Positions 27,266 to 37,015 of a stretch of 64,000 bases of DNA are shown here, piece after piece. Source of the DNA: Minisyncoccia bacterium (GTDB lineage Bacteria; Patescibacteriota; Minisyncoccia; Phycocordibacterales; UBA918). Each line of letters opens with the position of its first letter. The first letter of the stretch is position 1. The notes beneath the pieces were generated by a model, which worked only from the letters and a program-made list of their open reading frames with translations, was not told the DNA's origin and searched no databases. The stretch covers positions 13,290 to 77,289 of the forward strand of contig JBGSPE010000002.1 in NCBI GenBank assembly GCA_041738755.1. Direction: 5' to 3'. A program made the translations under genes and the position numbers.

Positions 27266-27634
27266 CGATATGTTACTTAAAGGTGGGACCGTATCACCTA
27301 GGTTATGGTGACGTGTCCCCTAATAAATCCAGCAACTACGTTAGTAGTGCTTTGAACGGATAGCCAGTGCCATCTCGTCTTGCGGCCAACAATACCAGAA
27401 TTACCTAAAATAGCAAGGAAATATAAGGACGCGCATACGGTGAGTCTCTCTCTATAAAGTGGTATGTACATCGTACTGACTTACCGTTTGGTAGAAACGC
27501 AAAATAAGATTGTATTGTAACGCTACAAAACTTGACAAAGGTAAATTAAAATGCTAAAAAATCCGCAGCTTTGCGGGAATTCGCCCGCTCCGCTCTTTGA
27601 CAACTCGTGATAACCAAAACTGAGAGGTCAGAAT

Positions 27635-27886
27635 GTGAATGCCTGTGACGAAAAAACAGCAACCGTCACCCATGTAATCCCAGGAAACGACCCTTTTGCT
27701 GTCGCTAAGAGTCCGATATTACCTGATCAGGTAACGTTCTCGCTTGGCACACAACGAAGGGTTTGGAACGAAAGTGATTATCCTACAGTGGGTGCAGAAG
27801 TCGTATTAAGCGACATCAGAAAGGTCAAGGGAAAGTGGCGGGCGTATCATGCCCGTTTTCTGAGACCAGAAGACGAAAAGGAATAA
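27635..27886 (+). CDS. Hypothetical small protein (83 aa), the first gene of the GC-rich island
   Basis: ORF with a GAGAGG RBS. Predicted beta-rich. No confident family. Confidence 0.35.
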   Translation: MNACDEKTATVTHVIPGNDPFAVAKSPILPDQVTFSLGTQRRVWNESDYPTVGAEVVLSDIRKVKGKWRAYHARFLRPEDEKE

Positions 27887-27892
27887 AGGACC

Positions 27893-28543
27893 ATGTCAAA
27901 AAAAGGAAGGCTCATGGGAGCTCTTGAAGGTCTCGGTCTGGTGGAATCCGAAGGTGGCGAAACGCAACCTGAAGCAACCGCGACCCCTGTACCTTCACCC
28001 CAAACCAGTTCGCCGCCTTCTACCATAACAGCTACGGCTGTTTCTGGAGCTGACCCGGCAATGGTGACGAAAATCCGCGCAGCGGTTACCAATGCCGGAC
28101 ACTCGCCTCGCCTCGCCAGTTTTCTGGCTCAACTCGAGATCGCCCGCCAAGCCTTCCCGAACGATGAAAAAACTGCAGTAGCTGCAGCACTCGCATTTTC
28201 GAAGCTGTCTGCGGCCGAGATTCGTGAGGAGTTGTCAAAGTCTGCTGCAGCTGCACTCGTCGAAGCGGAGCAAAGCATCCGCAATGATATTCGCAATAAA
28301 CGCGAAAATGCTTCTGGAGAACTCGAGAAAAAGTCATTGCAGCTGCAGGCCGAAGTGACTAGTCTCGAAGAGCAGCTCGCGTCAATCTCGCAGAAGCTCG
28401 CAGCTGCCAAAGCTGGACTCGCTGGCATCACCAGTGAACGTTTGGCGACCGATACTGGCATTAATGAAATGGAAGCGAAGGCAATGTCCAGCCATGCGGT
28501 GGTCAAAGCCGAACTCGACAAAATCAACACCCTGCTGCCATAA
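27893..28543 (+). CDS. Hypothetical coiled-coil protein with a Pro/Thr/Ser-rich N-terminal linker
   Basis: 216 aa, high GC, Ala/Glu/Leu-rich heptad-like C-terminal half. Confidence 0.4.
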   Translation: MSKKGRLMGALEGLGLVESEGGETQPEATATPVPSPQTSSPPSTITATAVSGADPAMVTKIRAAVTNAGHSPRLASFLAQLEIARQAFPNDEKTAVAAALAFSKLSAAEIREELSKSAAAALVEAEQSIRNDIRNKRENASGELEKKSLQLQAEVTSLEEQLASISQKLAAAKAGLAGITSERLATDTGINEMEAKAMSSHAVVKAELDKINTLLP

Positions 28544-28576
28544 TTTTACGCAGCCCAGTAGAAAAGGAACTAAGCA

Positions 28577-29605
28577 ATGGCTGGATCTTCCAACCAAATG
28601 AATGATTTCTTCGACCAACTGCCGACTCCCCCCAGGGAGAAGGTGGTGCGCGGCGTCTGGTATGCCGGAGTGAGCGTCGCTGGCCTGGCCGGCTTCCTCA
28701 CCGTCATGCCCTACGTAAACCAAGCGCTTTCGCTTGGTCTCGAAGGTGCAACTCTCTTCGTGAAGCTGGGTGCCGTCGGTGTCATTGGTGCCGCCGGTGC
28801 TTACACTGCTATGTCCTTCTGGACCCCGTTCAAACGGAAGGTCGAGAGCATGGCACGCAACACTACCATCGCTATCTTCGGCGAAGATCCGATTACGCCA
28901 CTCCATATGTGGCTGGCGGAAGTTCGCGAAGACCTCGATGGGGTCCTCACCTCTGCTCGTGAAATCGGCGGTCTTATTGCCGAAAACGATAAGACGGTCG
29001 AAGACAACCTGCACTTCCTTTCGGAAGCCGACAAACGCGTCGCGGCCGCAACCAAGCGCCACGGCGAAAACAGCATCCAGACCCGAACCGCTTCGATCGA
29101 AGCCAAAGGTTTCAAGGACCGTGCAGACAACGCGAATCGTATCAACCATCCGCTTAAGGCGACCTATGTCACACTGAGCCAGGTAGGCGATGCAATCAAG
29201 ATGACCGAACGGCAAGCCGAAACCGACATCGAGACTGCGACCCTCGAATGGCGTGCAGCGCTGGCAGCTGAAAAAGCTATCGGCAAGGCACAACGTTCGC
29301 TCGGTAAGCGGAGTCAGCGCTACGTCGAGGCCACTATGGCCTTCGACATCATCCGTCAGAAGTACGCCGGCACATTCGGTCAATTGCGCGCGCTGCGTCA
29401 ACAGACTGAAGAGACCATCAGTAGGATGGACCTTAACGACGCTGTTGCTCACGAAGAAGCTCTCGAGCGACTTCGCGAAAACAGCCAAAAACTGCTCGGC
29501 TTCCAACCGACACTTCCGGCGCCCGACTTCACTACCAATCAAGGGACGCCTGTCCTCATTGAGGGTCGGTCGGTCAACGAACTCAAGCTTTTTGACGATA
29601 AGTAA
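28577..29605 (+). CDS. Hypothetical membrane protein: 2 N-terminal TM helices and a ~250-aa coiled-coil/helical domain
   Basis: 342 aa. Hydrophobic segments (GVWYAGVSVAGLAGFLTVM, LFVKLGAVGVIGAAGAYTAMSFW) followed by a long helical region. Confidence 0.45.
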   Translation: MAGSSNQMNDFFDQLPTPPREKVVRGVWYAGVSVAGLAGFLTVMPYVNQALSLGLEGATLFVKLGAVGVIGAAGAYTAMSFWTPFKRKVESMARNTTIAIFGEDPITPLHMWLAEVREDLDGVLTSAREIGGLIAENDKTVEDNLHFLSEADKRVAAATKRHGENSIQTRTASIEAKGFKDRADNANRINHPLKATYVTLSQVGDAIKMTERQAETDIETATLEWRAALAAEKAIGKAQRSLGKRSQRYVEATMAFDIIRQKYAGTFGQLRALRQQTEETISRMDLNDAVAHEEALERLRENSQKLLGFQPTLPAPDFTTNQGTPVLIEGRSVNELKLFDDK

Positions 29606-29668
29606 TCAAGTCGTTACGTAAGAGCTAATAACACCAAACCAGTACCTGAGAAGAAAAGGAATCAAGAA

Positions 29669-31216
29669 ATGGCATACAATATCTCAAGCAAGGGCAAAAT
29701 CGCTCTCGCGGGACTCGCAGGCCTCTTCGTTGTCGGTGCCTATGGACTCTGGTCCGCAGTGCCCGACAACTGGAAATCTGCGGCAAGTAGCGTGGTCGCA
29801 CCCGGTGGTGACACTATTGCGATCGAAAGCAGCGAAGAAGCAATCGATGTCTGCGTCGTCACCTGGGGTGGCTACGCCGGCGGACAGTACTTCAACCGCG
29901 GCTTCAAGCCGAGCGATGCCTCGCTGTACAAGCAGCGCTACAACCTGACGGTGAACTTCCACGTCATCGACGACTTCAACGCGTCGCGTGAAGCGTACAA
30001 GGCCGGCGATTGTGACCTTCTCTGGGCCACGATCGACGCCTTCACGACCGAAGCAGCTACCTTGCAGAAGGCTGGATTCAACCCCAAATTTCTGTTCCAA
30101 GCTGACTGGTCGCGCGGCGGTGACGCCATCGTGGCCGGTCCGGGCATCAAATCGATGTCCGATCTGCGCGGCAAGCGCGTGGCAGTAGCGTTCGGGACTC
30201 CATCCCATACGTTCCTGCTGCGGATGCTCGAGGCAGCTGGTATGACAACCAGCGACCTCACCATCATCGACACAGGTAATGCCATCGACGCCGCCAAGGC
30301 GTTCCAGACTGGCAACGCTGAAGCGGCCGTCGTCTGGTCTCCAGACGATACCGCCAGTGTCAATGCTGTGCCGGGAAGCACGGTGATGATCAGCACGCGT
30401 GAAGCGTCGCACATCATCGCTGATGGCTTCATCGCCGAAGCAAACTACATTGAATCTCACCGAGAAGAGCTGAGAGCCCTCATCGAGGGCTGGATGATCG
30501 GCGCGGGTGATATCAACTCGAATGCGGCGGCCAAGACGGAAGCCTCGAATATTCTCGCTACTGGGCTCAACATCCCGGCAGCAGATGCTCTGGCAGCAAT
30601 CAATAACGTCCGTCTCACGACGCTCGGCGACAACCGCCAGTTCTTCGGACTGGAAAGTGGCGCCACCATGACTGGTGAACGCCTCTTCACGGCAAGCGCC
30701 CGTCTGTACCAGCAGAACGGATACACGTCACTGGTTCCGGAAATTCCGGCCTGGCGCAGCATCACGGACATCAGTCTGCTGAGCGGCGTCAACCTGAATA
30801 CTCCGAACCAAGCTGCCGAAGGTCGCACGAGCTTTGCTCAAGCTGACACTTCGGCCGCAAGTGCACAGGCAATCGCCTCTCGGGGTCTGTCGGTGCAGTT
30901 CGCGACCGGATCGGCTACGCTGAGCGATGAAGCAAAGGCGGTGATCATGCGTGAATTCGTGCAAGGCACTGGTGATTCGTTCGCCGGCGCCCGAGTGCGT
31001 ATTGAAGGGAATACGGACAACACCGGTTCCCGCACCACGAACGTAACTCTGTCACAGCGTCGTGCTGAGGCAGTGGCCAACTTCCTGGTGACCCTCGGCT
31101 TCGATCGCAATCGCTTCGTCGTCGTTGGCAATGGTCCGGACAAACCCGTCTGCAACTCGCAGGACGCAGCCTGTATGGCACAAAATCGCCGCACAGACTT
31201 TGAGCTGATTCGGTAA
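29669..31216 (+). CDS. ABC-transporter substrate-binding protein (NMT1/SsuA/TauA-like) fused to a C-terminal OmpA/MotB-like peptidoglycan-binding domain
   Basis: N-terminal TM anchor. Central periplasmic-binding fold (KRVAVAFGTPSHTFLLRMLEAAG ... AVVWSPD). C-terminal OmpA_C-like segment (VRIEGNTDNTGSRTTNVTLSQRRAEAVANFL ... NRRTDFELI). Confidence 0.6.
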   Translation: MAYNISSKGKIALAGLAGLFVVGAYGLWSAVPDNWKSAASSVVAPGGDTIAIESSEEAIDVCVVTWGGYAGGQYFNRGFKPSDASLYKQRYNLTVNFHVIDDFNASREAYKAGDCDLLWATIDAFTTEAATLQKAGFNPKFLFQADWSRGGDAIVAGPGIKSMSDLRGKRVAVAFGTPSHTFLLRMLEAAGMTTSDLTIIDTGNAIDAAKAFQTGNAEAAVVWSPDDTASVNAVPGSTVMISTREASHIIADGFIAEANYIESHREELRALIEGWMIGAGDINSNAAAKTEASNILATGLNIPAADALAAINNVRLTTLGDNRQFFGLESGATMTGERLFTASARLYQQNGYTSLVPEIPAWRSITDISLLSGVNLNTPNQAAEGRTSFAQADTSAASAQAIASRGLSVQFATGSATLSDEAKAVIMREFVQGTGDSFAGARVRIEGNTDNTGSRTTNVTLSQRRAEAVANFLVTLGFDRNRFVVVGNGPDKPVCNSQDAACMAQNRRTDFELIR

Positions 31217-31402
31217 TCACGAGTACCAGTACCTAGTGGGTTGGGACCTAGATCCCAACCCACTACCTTCCTCCAAGGGTATGTGAACAATCACATTATC
31301 CTTGGAGGCATCTCTCACTTTGCAATAGTTTGTTGATTGAGAGCTGCCAAATTATCGAGGGAGCATGTACCTTAAGAATTAAAGAAAGAAAAGGAGAACA
31401 TC

Positions 31403-32209
31403 ATGCGTAAGCTTACGAACAATCTGTTCGAGCTACGCGGAGAAATCACCACTCAACAGAAAACCATCCTTGGTATCCTTGGAGTAGTTGTCTGGTTCTT
31501 GAGCTGGTGGCTCATCTCTGCACAAGCGTGGCTTCCGCCACAGGTTGCACCAGGACCATTTGCGGTCTTGGGTGCCATCCCCGAGTTGCACTTTGAGCAT
31601 GCTCTGGTGCGAAACGTCTGGTACACCTTGCAGATGAACCTGCATGGCACAATGAACGCAATTTTGTTCAGCCTGCCAATCGGTTTACTGCTCGGCCTAA
31701 CACCGTTCCTTCGTGGCATGGCGACGCCGTTTTATGTCGGTTTGAGGTTTATTCCTCTCCCAGTCATCATCGGTCTGTTCATGCTCTGGGCCGGTATCGG
31801 TTATTCGATGAAAACATGGTTCCTCACCTTCGCCATCATCGTTTACCTGATCCCGACAGTAATCCAGCGCGTCGATGAGACGCCAAATATCTATGTCAAC
31901 ACAGCACGAACGCTGGGGGCAAATAGATGGCAAATCATCTGGAATGTCTATATCCCTGACGTGTTCTCACGCGTCTGGGACGACATTGTTATCTTGGTGG
32001 CTATTTCCTGGACGTACATCAGTATCGTCGAGGTAGTCAATAAGAGCGACGGTGGCATCGGCGCACTCATCTATATGGCACAACGGCAAAGCAGTCCTGA
32101 GAAGTACTATGCACTGCTTCTCATCCTCATGCTGGTGGCCTATCTGCAGACGCTCGCGTTCAAGCAGATCGGTCAGTGGCTATTCCCCCACAAGCGAATT
32201 GGGAGGTAA
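31403..32209 (+). CDS. ABC transporter permease (NitT/TauT family)
   Basis: Six TM helices. EAA-like loop region ([20 protein letters not shown]). Confidence 0.7.
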   Translation: MRKLTNNLFELRGEITTQQKTILGILGVVVWFLSWWLISAQAWLPPQVAPGPFAVLGAIPELHFEHALVRNVWYTLQMNLHGTMNAILFSLPIGLLLGLTPFLRGMATPFYVGLRFIPLPVIIGLFMLWAGIGYSMKTWFLTFAIIVYLIPTVIQRVDETPNIYVNTARTLGANRWQIIWNVYIPDVFSRVWDDIVILVAISWTYISIVEVVNKSDGGIGALIYMAQRQSSPEKYYALLLILMLVAYLQTLAFKQIGQWLFPHKRIGR

Positions 32210-32211
32210 TC

Positions 32212-33024
32212 ATGGTTAACGGAGTAACCTTCGTCGACACAGCACTTCCGAACATCGTAGAGTTCAGGGGTGTGACACAACAGTATGGTGAGAAGACAGT
32301 GCTCAACGAGCTCGATCTTCTCATTGAAGACAAACCTAATCAGGGTCAGTTTGCTGTGATTCTCGGCATCTCTGGTTCAGGTAAATCGACTCTGTTTCGG
32401 TACCTTAACGGACTGAGCAGTCCGACCAGTGGTGAAGTCCTCATCAAGGATCAGCCGATTGGTCAGTTCGGTGCTGTCAGTACAGTGTTTCAAGACTACT
32501 CGTCTCTACCTTGGTTTTCGGTGCTGCGAAATGTTGAGCTTCCGCTCAAAATTCGTGGCGTCCCGAGAAAAGAACGACGTGAACGGGCACTCGAGATGAT
32601 AGAAAAAGTTGGTCTCAAGGGGCACGAGAAAAAATACGCTCGTGCGCCAGAGCTTTCTGGCGGACAATTGCAACGCGTTGCAATTGCCCGTAGCCTGATT
32701 GCAAATCCAGAACTTATCCTTATGGACGAACCGTTCGGTGCGCTTGATGGCATTACGCGTTACGAAATGCAAATGCTCCTCAGTAAGTTGTGGAGGGATC
32801 TGCAGTCAACGGTCCTGTTTGTCACGCACGATCTGCAGGAAGCTGTGCTGCTTGGGGATGATATCTATATCCTTGACCCGCGTATCGGAAAAATCGGCAG
32901 GCACATCCCTGTGAATCTCGGTCTTGACCGAGACATCACAATCAAAAGAGACCCACGCTTCATGCAACTGGTCCTCGAGGTCGAAGAAGCACTTATGGCA
33001 ACAAGCATACCACTTCAACCATAA
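32212..33024 (+). CDS. ABC transporter ATP-binding protein (NitT/TauT family)
   Basis: Walker [10 protein letters not shown], signature LSGGQLQRV, Walker [13 protein letters not shown], and an H-loop. Confidence 0.8.
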   Translation: MVNGVTFVDTALPNIVEFRGVTQQYGEKTVLNELDLLIEDKPNQGQFAVILGISGSGKSTLFRYLNGLSSPTSGEVLIKDQPIGQFGAVSTVFQDYSSLPWFSVLRNVELPLKIRGVPRKERRERALEMIEKVGLKGHEKKYARAPELSGGQLQRVAIARSLIANPELILMDEPFGALDGITRYEMQMLLSKLWRDLQSTVLFVTHDLQEAVLLGDDIYILDPRIGKIGRHIPVNLGLDRDITIKRDPRFMQLVLEVEEALMATSIPLQP

Positions 33025-33123
33025 CAGTTCTTCGATGCACCTTTTGGGGCGGGCTCTTTGAGTCCGCCCCTTTATCGAAAATTTTTGCTTTCAAACATCA
33101 TTGGATAACGAAAAGGATCCATT

Positions 33124-33981
33124 ATGCAACTATCAATTGAACTCGCTGACCTCGAAGCAATGATCCCCGATCACCGTGGCAATACGCTCTTTGAAAGAGC
33201 GTTAGCAACAGGTACAACGGGAGAGGATCTGATTAACCTCATCGCCAACTATATTCAATTCAATTCAAGTTTCGGCAGCGGCGTTGCAAACCTCGCAGGA
33301 GAAATTGGTTCTCAACCGGATCTTTTCCAAGATATGGCTGAGCCCTTGAAGATATTTGCCGATCGAAGCGTAGAGGTTGCCAGCCGCATCTTATTTGCCG
33401 CCGTTGATGAATTCAACGACAGCGGTACTGAACATCTTGATACGCACCGCACCCTCGCACAAGCCGCGCTGAAAGGTATCGGACAGTTCTTCGGCTACAC
33501 ACCGTCACAGCTGAATGACATCATCTCAATCAACTCGGTTACGACCGAAGCGATTGAGCAAGTACGTCTCGGTTATGCTATCAGCCAAAACGTAACTGAG
33601 GAAGTCCTCTTCCGTGCGCTGGGATTCCATATGGGATCTGAGATTCTGGCCGATGAAGAGTTTCGACTGATTGATGAACTTCTCAAGCAGGAGCATCCGG
33701 AGCTGGTCAGCCATCTCGAACGGACCCACGTCGAAATCAACGGATATCCTCACTCAACATACTATTGGATTCGCATCCATACCACGGTTGAAGCAGATCA
33801 TTTTGCATCTGCTTCAACTGGGGTCAATCTTGCACTTCAATACTATGCGGGCAAGCATCAGCTCGAAGAGGTCAGGAAATGGGTCCTCGAAGGTTTCGCT
33901 ACCTTTGCATCAATTCAATCGATGTTCATGCAAGGTCTGCTGAATTCTCAACTGGTGAGCGATGTCGCTACCAACAACTAA
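33124..33981 (+). CDS. Hypothetical helical protein, possibly heme-oxygenase-like (TenA/PqqC/CADD-type) fold
   Basis: 285 aa. Spaced E/H/D motifs (EEVLFRALGFHMGSE, HTTVEADHF) resemble HO-like di-metal or TenA-like proteins. Sits next to a NitT/TauT transporter, as TenA does with ThiXYZ. Weak assignment. Confidence 0.3.
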   Translation: MQLSIELADLEAMIPDHRGNTLFERALATGTTGEDLINLIANYIQFNSSFGSGVANLAGEIGSQPDLFQDMAEPLKIFADRSVEVASRILFAAVDEFNDSGTEHLDTHRTLAQAALKGIGQFFGYTPSQLNDIISINSVTTEAIEQVRLGYAISQNVTEEVLFRALGFHMGSEILADEEFRLIDELLKQEHPELVSHLERTHVEINGYPHSTYYWIRIHTTVEADHFASASTGVNLALQYYAGKHQLEEVRKWVLEGFATFASIQSMFMQGLLNSQLVSDVATNN

Positions 33982-34104
33982 TCAATGATCTTTTGAAACT
34001 ACAAGGCGGGGCTCAATGAGCTCCGCCTTTCTTCTATTTGACGGAAAAACAGTTCCCTGTATATTGGTGCTAAACCTGGTCTTTGACTACCATAGGAGGA
34101 AAAA

Positions 34105-34665
34105 TTGGAAACACGTAATCTGCGTAAAATCGCCACCGGCCTGAAAATGATTTCTGGTGCATTGGTGATGGGAGCCTTACTCTTGGAGTCCATCAAGAAG
34201 GACGTTGCCCCTCCATCACCACAGAAACAATCAGGGAGCATCCAGAGTCAAATGGTGATTGTGGGGATTCGTCTCCTTGAACTTCAGCGGACTGAAGGTC
34301 AATCTCTGCAGGATTTCATGGAGATTCGATACAGTGCTTTGTACTTACTCGGTCGAGCCGGCCATTCACTGACCGAGCAGGAACTGGATGAGCACGCAAA
34401 TGCGTTTGCCCACTTCCATCAGCAACGCTACCAGCTTTTTGGACAGGACGTCGACCGAACACTCTCAGAATGGTATCAAACATCTGGAGAGAGTCGTCAG
34501 ATTCCCCTGCAGACCTTGCTACAGAAATGCGAATTAACGAACCATACACTTGACATGTCGGGCTATGTTTCATTCTGTCTCACCGGCACAGATTTTGACG
34601 GGAGGAAACAAGACATTGGCACAGAAGAGTGGGAGCAGATCAAATATCGCTTCAACATTCAGTAA
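34105..34665 (+). CDS. Hypothetical protein
   Basis: 186-aa ORF with a possible N-terminal signal/TM segment (MISGALVMGALLL). Confidence 0.35.
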   Translation: METRNLRKIATGLKMISGALVMGALLLESIKKDVAPPSPQKQSGSIQSQMVIVGIRLLELQRTEGQSLQDFMEIRYSALYLLGRAGHSLTEQELDEHANAFAHFHQQRYQLFGQDVDRTLSEWYQTSGESRQIPLQTLLQKCELTNHTLDMSGYVSFCLTGTDFDGRKQDIGTEEWEQIKYRFNIQ

Positions 34666-34870
34666 CATATTGGCTTGCTCGTGCTCTGCATGAGCAAGCC
34701 AAGAGTTACGTAATCCCAACACCTTACGTATCGACTGAAAACCCATAAGACTCGCTAGTTTTATGGGTTTTATTATTTGCCATTTATTGTATAAACCGAT
34801 GGAGAACACTATTATAAAAATTACCCCGCCAATGAAGAAGTTGTTACTTCTTCATTGGTGGGGTAAAAGG

Positions 34871-35389
34871 TCATCCTCGATACTCTGAGGATATGCTTCG
34901 CTGCATGAGCCACGTCTCCCTATGAAACACAAATTGCCCAGGCAAAAGTTGCTCGACTTTGGTACAGAGATTTGAACCCTGGCGTGTGACATCAATCACA
35001 AAACAATCACCTTCAGTACCGACAAAAACACTGTAATGCCCTGGATTGAGCAGTTTTGGCTGTTTAAGGAGTACTTCAAGTAACAGCTGTTCTGAAAGAC
35101 TAGTGAGACCCTTCTTTTGGTAGTGACTCCGAACTGATTCACGCGGAATTCTCTGCTCACGACTCACTTCATCATGAGCCAAAACAATCTCCCGAGTTGG
35201 ATCAAGCCTGTCAGTCGAACGTTTTTCCAAAATTGCTTGCGTAGCAATCCCGTAGGTAACACCAGAGCGAGGACTGGTTACCAAAAGTTCGTGCTTTGAA
35301 AGCGATGTTGAAACCTTCGACAGATCTACCAAGGTCGGTCCAGGCCAGTGGCGACCGAGCGGAACCACAATGCTCATAAGAATCTCCAA
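34871..35389 (-). CDS. Hypothetical protein
   Basis: 172-aa ORF with its own TTGACA-17-TATGGT promoter on the minus strand at about 35405-35433. Confidence 0.4.
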   Translation of the reverse strand: MEILMSIVVPLGRHWPGPTLVDLSKVSTSLSKHELLVTSPRSGVTYGIATQAILEKRSTDRLDPTREIVLAHDEVSREQRIPRESVRSHYQKKGLTSLSEQLLLEVLLKQPKLLNPGHYSVFVGTEGDCFVIDVTRQGSNLCTKVEQLLPGQFVFHRETWLMQRSISSEYRG

Positions 35390-35445
35390 ATAACGAAATC
35401 GGTCTAAACCATACTACTTATTAAGATAATTGTCAAAATTACACA

Positions 35446-35475
35446 AAACCACCTCACGGAGTGAGGTGGTTTTTG
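35446..35475. terminator. Terminator downstream of rplE
   Basis: AAAACCACCTCAC-GGA-GTGAGGTGGTTTTT. Confidence 0.7.
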
Positions 35476-35493
35476 TATTACTTAGAGAGAAAC

Positions 35494-36042
35494 TTACTCA
35501 GTAACTTCGTTCTTCTTTAGTGGAAGTCCGATGTGTCGCAAAAGCGCTTCGGCTTCTGGTTTGGTCTTGGCAGTTGTCACAATAGTGATTGACATACCGA
35601 AGACATCTTTGATTTCTTCATCTACTGTTTCAGGGAAAATAGTGTGTTCCTTGATACCAATAGTATAGTTCCCCATTTCATCAATCGAGGTCACCTTCAA
35701 CCCGCGGAAGTCGCGTGTCTGTGGCAAGGCGATGTGAATCAACTTGTCTAAGAAGTGAATCATTCGTGCACCACGCAAGGTGACTTGGTAGCCGACAATA
35801 TCTCCTTCACGCAATTTGAATGAAGCGATTGATTGCTTAGCTGGGCGAGCTGATGGCTTTTGACCAGTGATTTGAGCCATTCGATCTTGGATAAGCGCAA
35901 TCTTTGCCTTATCGTCAACCCGGCCAGTTCCCACAGAAACAATTACCTTTTCAACTCCTGGTGCTTGGTGTGGGTTCGTATACCCGAACGTATCTTTCAT
36001 CGATACGAATGCATTCTTGATGCGAGCCTGTACTGATTCCAT
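35494..36042 (-). CDS. rplE: 50S ribosomal protein L5
   Basis: L5 family sequence (KNAFVSMKDTFGYTNPHQAPGVEKVIVSVGTGR ...). Confidence 0.9.
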   Translation of the reverse strand: MESVQARIKNAFVSMKDTFGYTNPHQAPGVEKVIVSVGTGRVDDKAKIALIQDRMAQITGQKPSARPAKQSIASFKLREGDIVGYQVTLRGARMIHFLDKLIHIALPQTRDFRGLKVTSIDEMGNYTIGIKEHTIFPETVDEEIKDVFGMSITIVTTAKTKPEAEALLRHIGLPLKKNEVTE

Positions 36043-36054
36043 ACTCGAATTTAA

Positions 36055-36366
36055 TTAAATCTTTTTTCCGCTAGCTTTTGAAACACGAACCTTCGTTCGC
36101 TTGTCTCCTTCACCTTCGAAGATGAAGCCGACCCGCACAGCTTTATCACCCTCCATCAACGCAACGTTTGAAGCGTGAAGGGGCATGCTCTTTTCAATAA
36201 TTTGACCTTGTGAACGAGTTCGTCGATTCTTTTGGTGTCGCTTGGCAACATTCACGCCTTCGATAATGACTTGATCGGTATCCTTAAGGACAGTGAGGAT
36301 AGTACCGGTCTTGCCCTTATCTTTTCCTGCGATAACTTTCACAGTATCTCCTTTTCTGATTTTCAT
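36055..36366 (-). CDS. rplX: 50S ribosomal protein L24
   Basis: MKIRKGDTVKVIAGKDKGKTG (KOW motif). Confidence 0.9.
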   Translation of the reverse strand: MKIRKGDTVKVIAGKDKGKTGTILTVLKDTDQVIIEGVNVAKRHQKNRRTRSQGQIIEKSMPLHASNVALMEGDKAVRVGFIFEGEGDKRTKVRVSKASGKKI

Positions 36367-36386
36367 ACGATTATATTCTTAGTGTC

Positions 36387-36758
36387 TTACACCACCTCAG
36401 GGGCGAGAGAGACAATTTTCTGATAACCGGCTTCACTCAGTTCTCGTGGAATTGGACCAAACACACGGTTGGCTTTTGGTTCTCGCTTTACCTTGTCGAT
36501 TAAGACAACAGCGTTGTCGTCAAAGCTCACGTATGAACCATCCTTTCGACGGTACGGCTTTCGTTGTCGCACGACTACTCCGTACACAACATCCTTCTTC
36601 TTAATTTGCTTTCGTGGTTCTGCGGTTTGGACAGCCAAAACGACAATTTCACCAAGCTCAGCGTATCGCTTCTTTGATCCACCAAGGACCTTGAAGACTC
36701 GGCCAATCTTTCCGCCTGAGTTGTCAGTGATTCTCACGATTGTTTGTGGTTGAATCAT
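36387..36758 (-). CDS. rplN: 50S ribosomal protein L14
   Basis: MIQPQTIVRITDNSGGK ... L14 family. Confidence 0.9.
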   Translation of the reverse strand: MIQPQTIVRITDNSGGKIGRVFKVLGGSKKRYAELGEIVVLAVQTAEPRKQIKKKDVVYGVVVRQRKPYRRKDGSYVSFDDNAVVLIDKVKREPKANRVFGPIPRELSEAGYQKIVSLAPEVV

Positions 36759-36762
36759 ACGT

Positions 36763-37014
36763 TTATTTGGTAGTTACGAGCGCAAACGATTTCCGCTTTG
36801 AAATCGGACGAACTTCTTTAATATCGACCACATCGCCAACTTTGGCAGTGTTCCCCGCATCATGCACCAAGTACTTTTTTGTACGGCGGAGGAACTTCTT
36901 GTATTTTGGGTGCTTCACGTATCGCTCTACTGCAACGGTGATAGTGTCAGTCATTTTTGAACCCACTACCTTCCCGCGCAATACTCGACCGTTACTTGTT
37001 TCTGCTGTACTCAT
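36763..37014 (-). CDS. rpsQ: 30S ribosomal protein S17
   Basis: RVLRGKVVGSKMTDTITVAVERYVKHPKYKK. Start set at the internal Met to remove a 56-nt overlap with rpmC. Confidence 0.85.
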   Translation of the reverse strand: MSTAETSNGRVLRGKVVGSKMTDTITVAVERYVKHPKYKKFLRRTKKYLVHDAGNTAKVGDVVDIKEVRPISKRKSFALVTTK

Positions 37015-37015
37015 A

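Noticed and set aside
28382-29542. 386-aa minus-strand ORF and neighbours (28129-28530, 29684-30460, 29938-30432, 30838-31290) inside the GC-rich island
   Set aside because: High-GC DNA produces long spurious antisense frames. The plus-strand genes have recognisable domains (ABC SBP, OmpA), RBSs and tight operon spacing. The antisense products are Arg/Ser/Cys-rich nonsense.
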